Shown here piece by piece: positions 63,230-64,000 of a DNA stretch of 64,000 bases. Location: contig NC_068989.1 of assembly GCF_001194135.2 (NCBI RefSeq), positions 2,969,761 through 3,033,760 on the forward strand. The letters are read 5' to 3'. A program made the translations under genes and the position numbers. Each line of letters starts with the position of its first letter. Position 1 is the stretch's first letter. This DNA comes from Octopus bimaculoides (Eukaryota). Below the pieces are notes generated by a model that saw only the letters and a program-made list of their open reading frames with translations, was not told the DNA's origin and ran no database searches.

Positions 63230-63600
63230 TTTAGCAATATTCTCTGACATGTTGGTTCCTACTGACAAATAAACTTAGAAGACAATTAACCCAGAAATGG
63301 TTATCGATGTTTCCTGATAGAAATATCATTTACAGCCAACAACAATGTGCTTTTCACGATAAAATAATCTAAATATAGAGAGCAAGATATATGAGACATT
63401 CCAGAAACGGAGGGATTTCAAGAAAGAAACAATCACCGTGATATTGATAGGACAGGAATATCAATGAGATAAGCTGAAAAACAACTGCAGGTGTTTGAGA
63501 GAAAGATATCTATTATCTATGGATATTAACCAATATGAACAAGAAGATTAAACTGGAGAAAAGCTTTCAGAATAGCCATCACCATTCTTGGAGATGTTTA
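63230..63600 (+). pseudogene. Highly decayed LINE reverse-transcriptase C-terminal fragment (RTE/RTEX-like)
   Basis: 63479-63523 translates KQLQVFERKISIIYG, similar to the LxVFERKILRxIYG motif; an upstream frameshifted GS-LLTNK remnant is present; multiple stops. Confidence 0.5.
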
Positions 63601-63810
63601 CAAAGACTCTAACAACATATAATTGAAGAAGGAAAGATTTTGTTGTTTATCTTTTACGTGTTTCAGTCACTGGACTGTGGCCATGCTAGAGCCATGCCGG
63701 CTTTGGCTGGTAGAATACTCTAGTGCTAGTACCATACAGTGGGATTGAACCTGAAACCATGTGGATGGAAAGCAAACTTCTTAACCACACAGTCATACAC
63801 ACACACACAT

Positions 63811-63855
<45 letters not shown>

Positions 63856-64000
63856 TAGTACCTCTATAACAGGTTGATAGCTAGCTTTCAATGCTTAAGT
63901 GTTGGTCTTGGATGGAGAGGGTGAAGTTAAAGTTCCAACCATATTACAGAGTGTACTGGGTGCCTTTTACATAGCACCAACACTGATAGGGTCACCAAGT

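Overview
AT-rich, gap-containing eukaryotic (animal) genomic DNA. It has 12 N-runs: 2527-2750, 3437-3808, 5027-5229, 11182-11465, 14280-14869, 18766-19006, 33103-33129, 43484-43505, 46542-46791, 51193-51400, 55906-56162 and 62067-62076. It looks intronic/intergenic. The very high microsatellite density and the SINE families suggest an octopus (coleoid cephalopod) draft assembly; this is inference from pattern recognition, not a database result. Nearly all supplied ORFs are translations of microsatellites, gaps or repeats, and I could not identify any protein-coding gene. The window is dominated by interspersed repeats, for which I use working labels. A = tRNA-headed SINE with a central TA/TG microsatellite. 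B/J = elements with a (GAT)n tail and a GGCATTAGGAAGGGCATCC motif. C/C2 = tRNA-headed SINE. D = tRNA-headed SINE. K = unclassified (CAA)n-tailed repeat. Also present are decayed RTE and R4/Dong LINE fragments, Penelope-like termini with minimal hammerhead-ribozyme motifs, TTAA-flanked piggyBac-like MITEs, hAT-like MITEs, and several minisatellites and hairpins. A CpG-retaining domain (~39.8-48.4 kb) lies between two CpG-depleted flanks. Several short splice-site-bounded exon candidates are given at low confidence only. I found no convincing novel biological system. The best leads are the hammerhead motifs, TAA-targeted LINE insertions, modular SINE architecture, recurrent divergent B pairs and an 87-nt hairpin.
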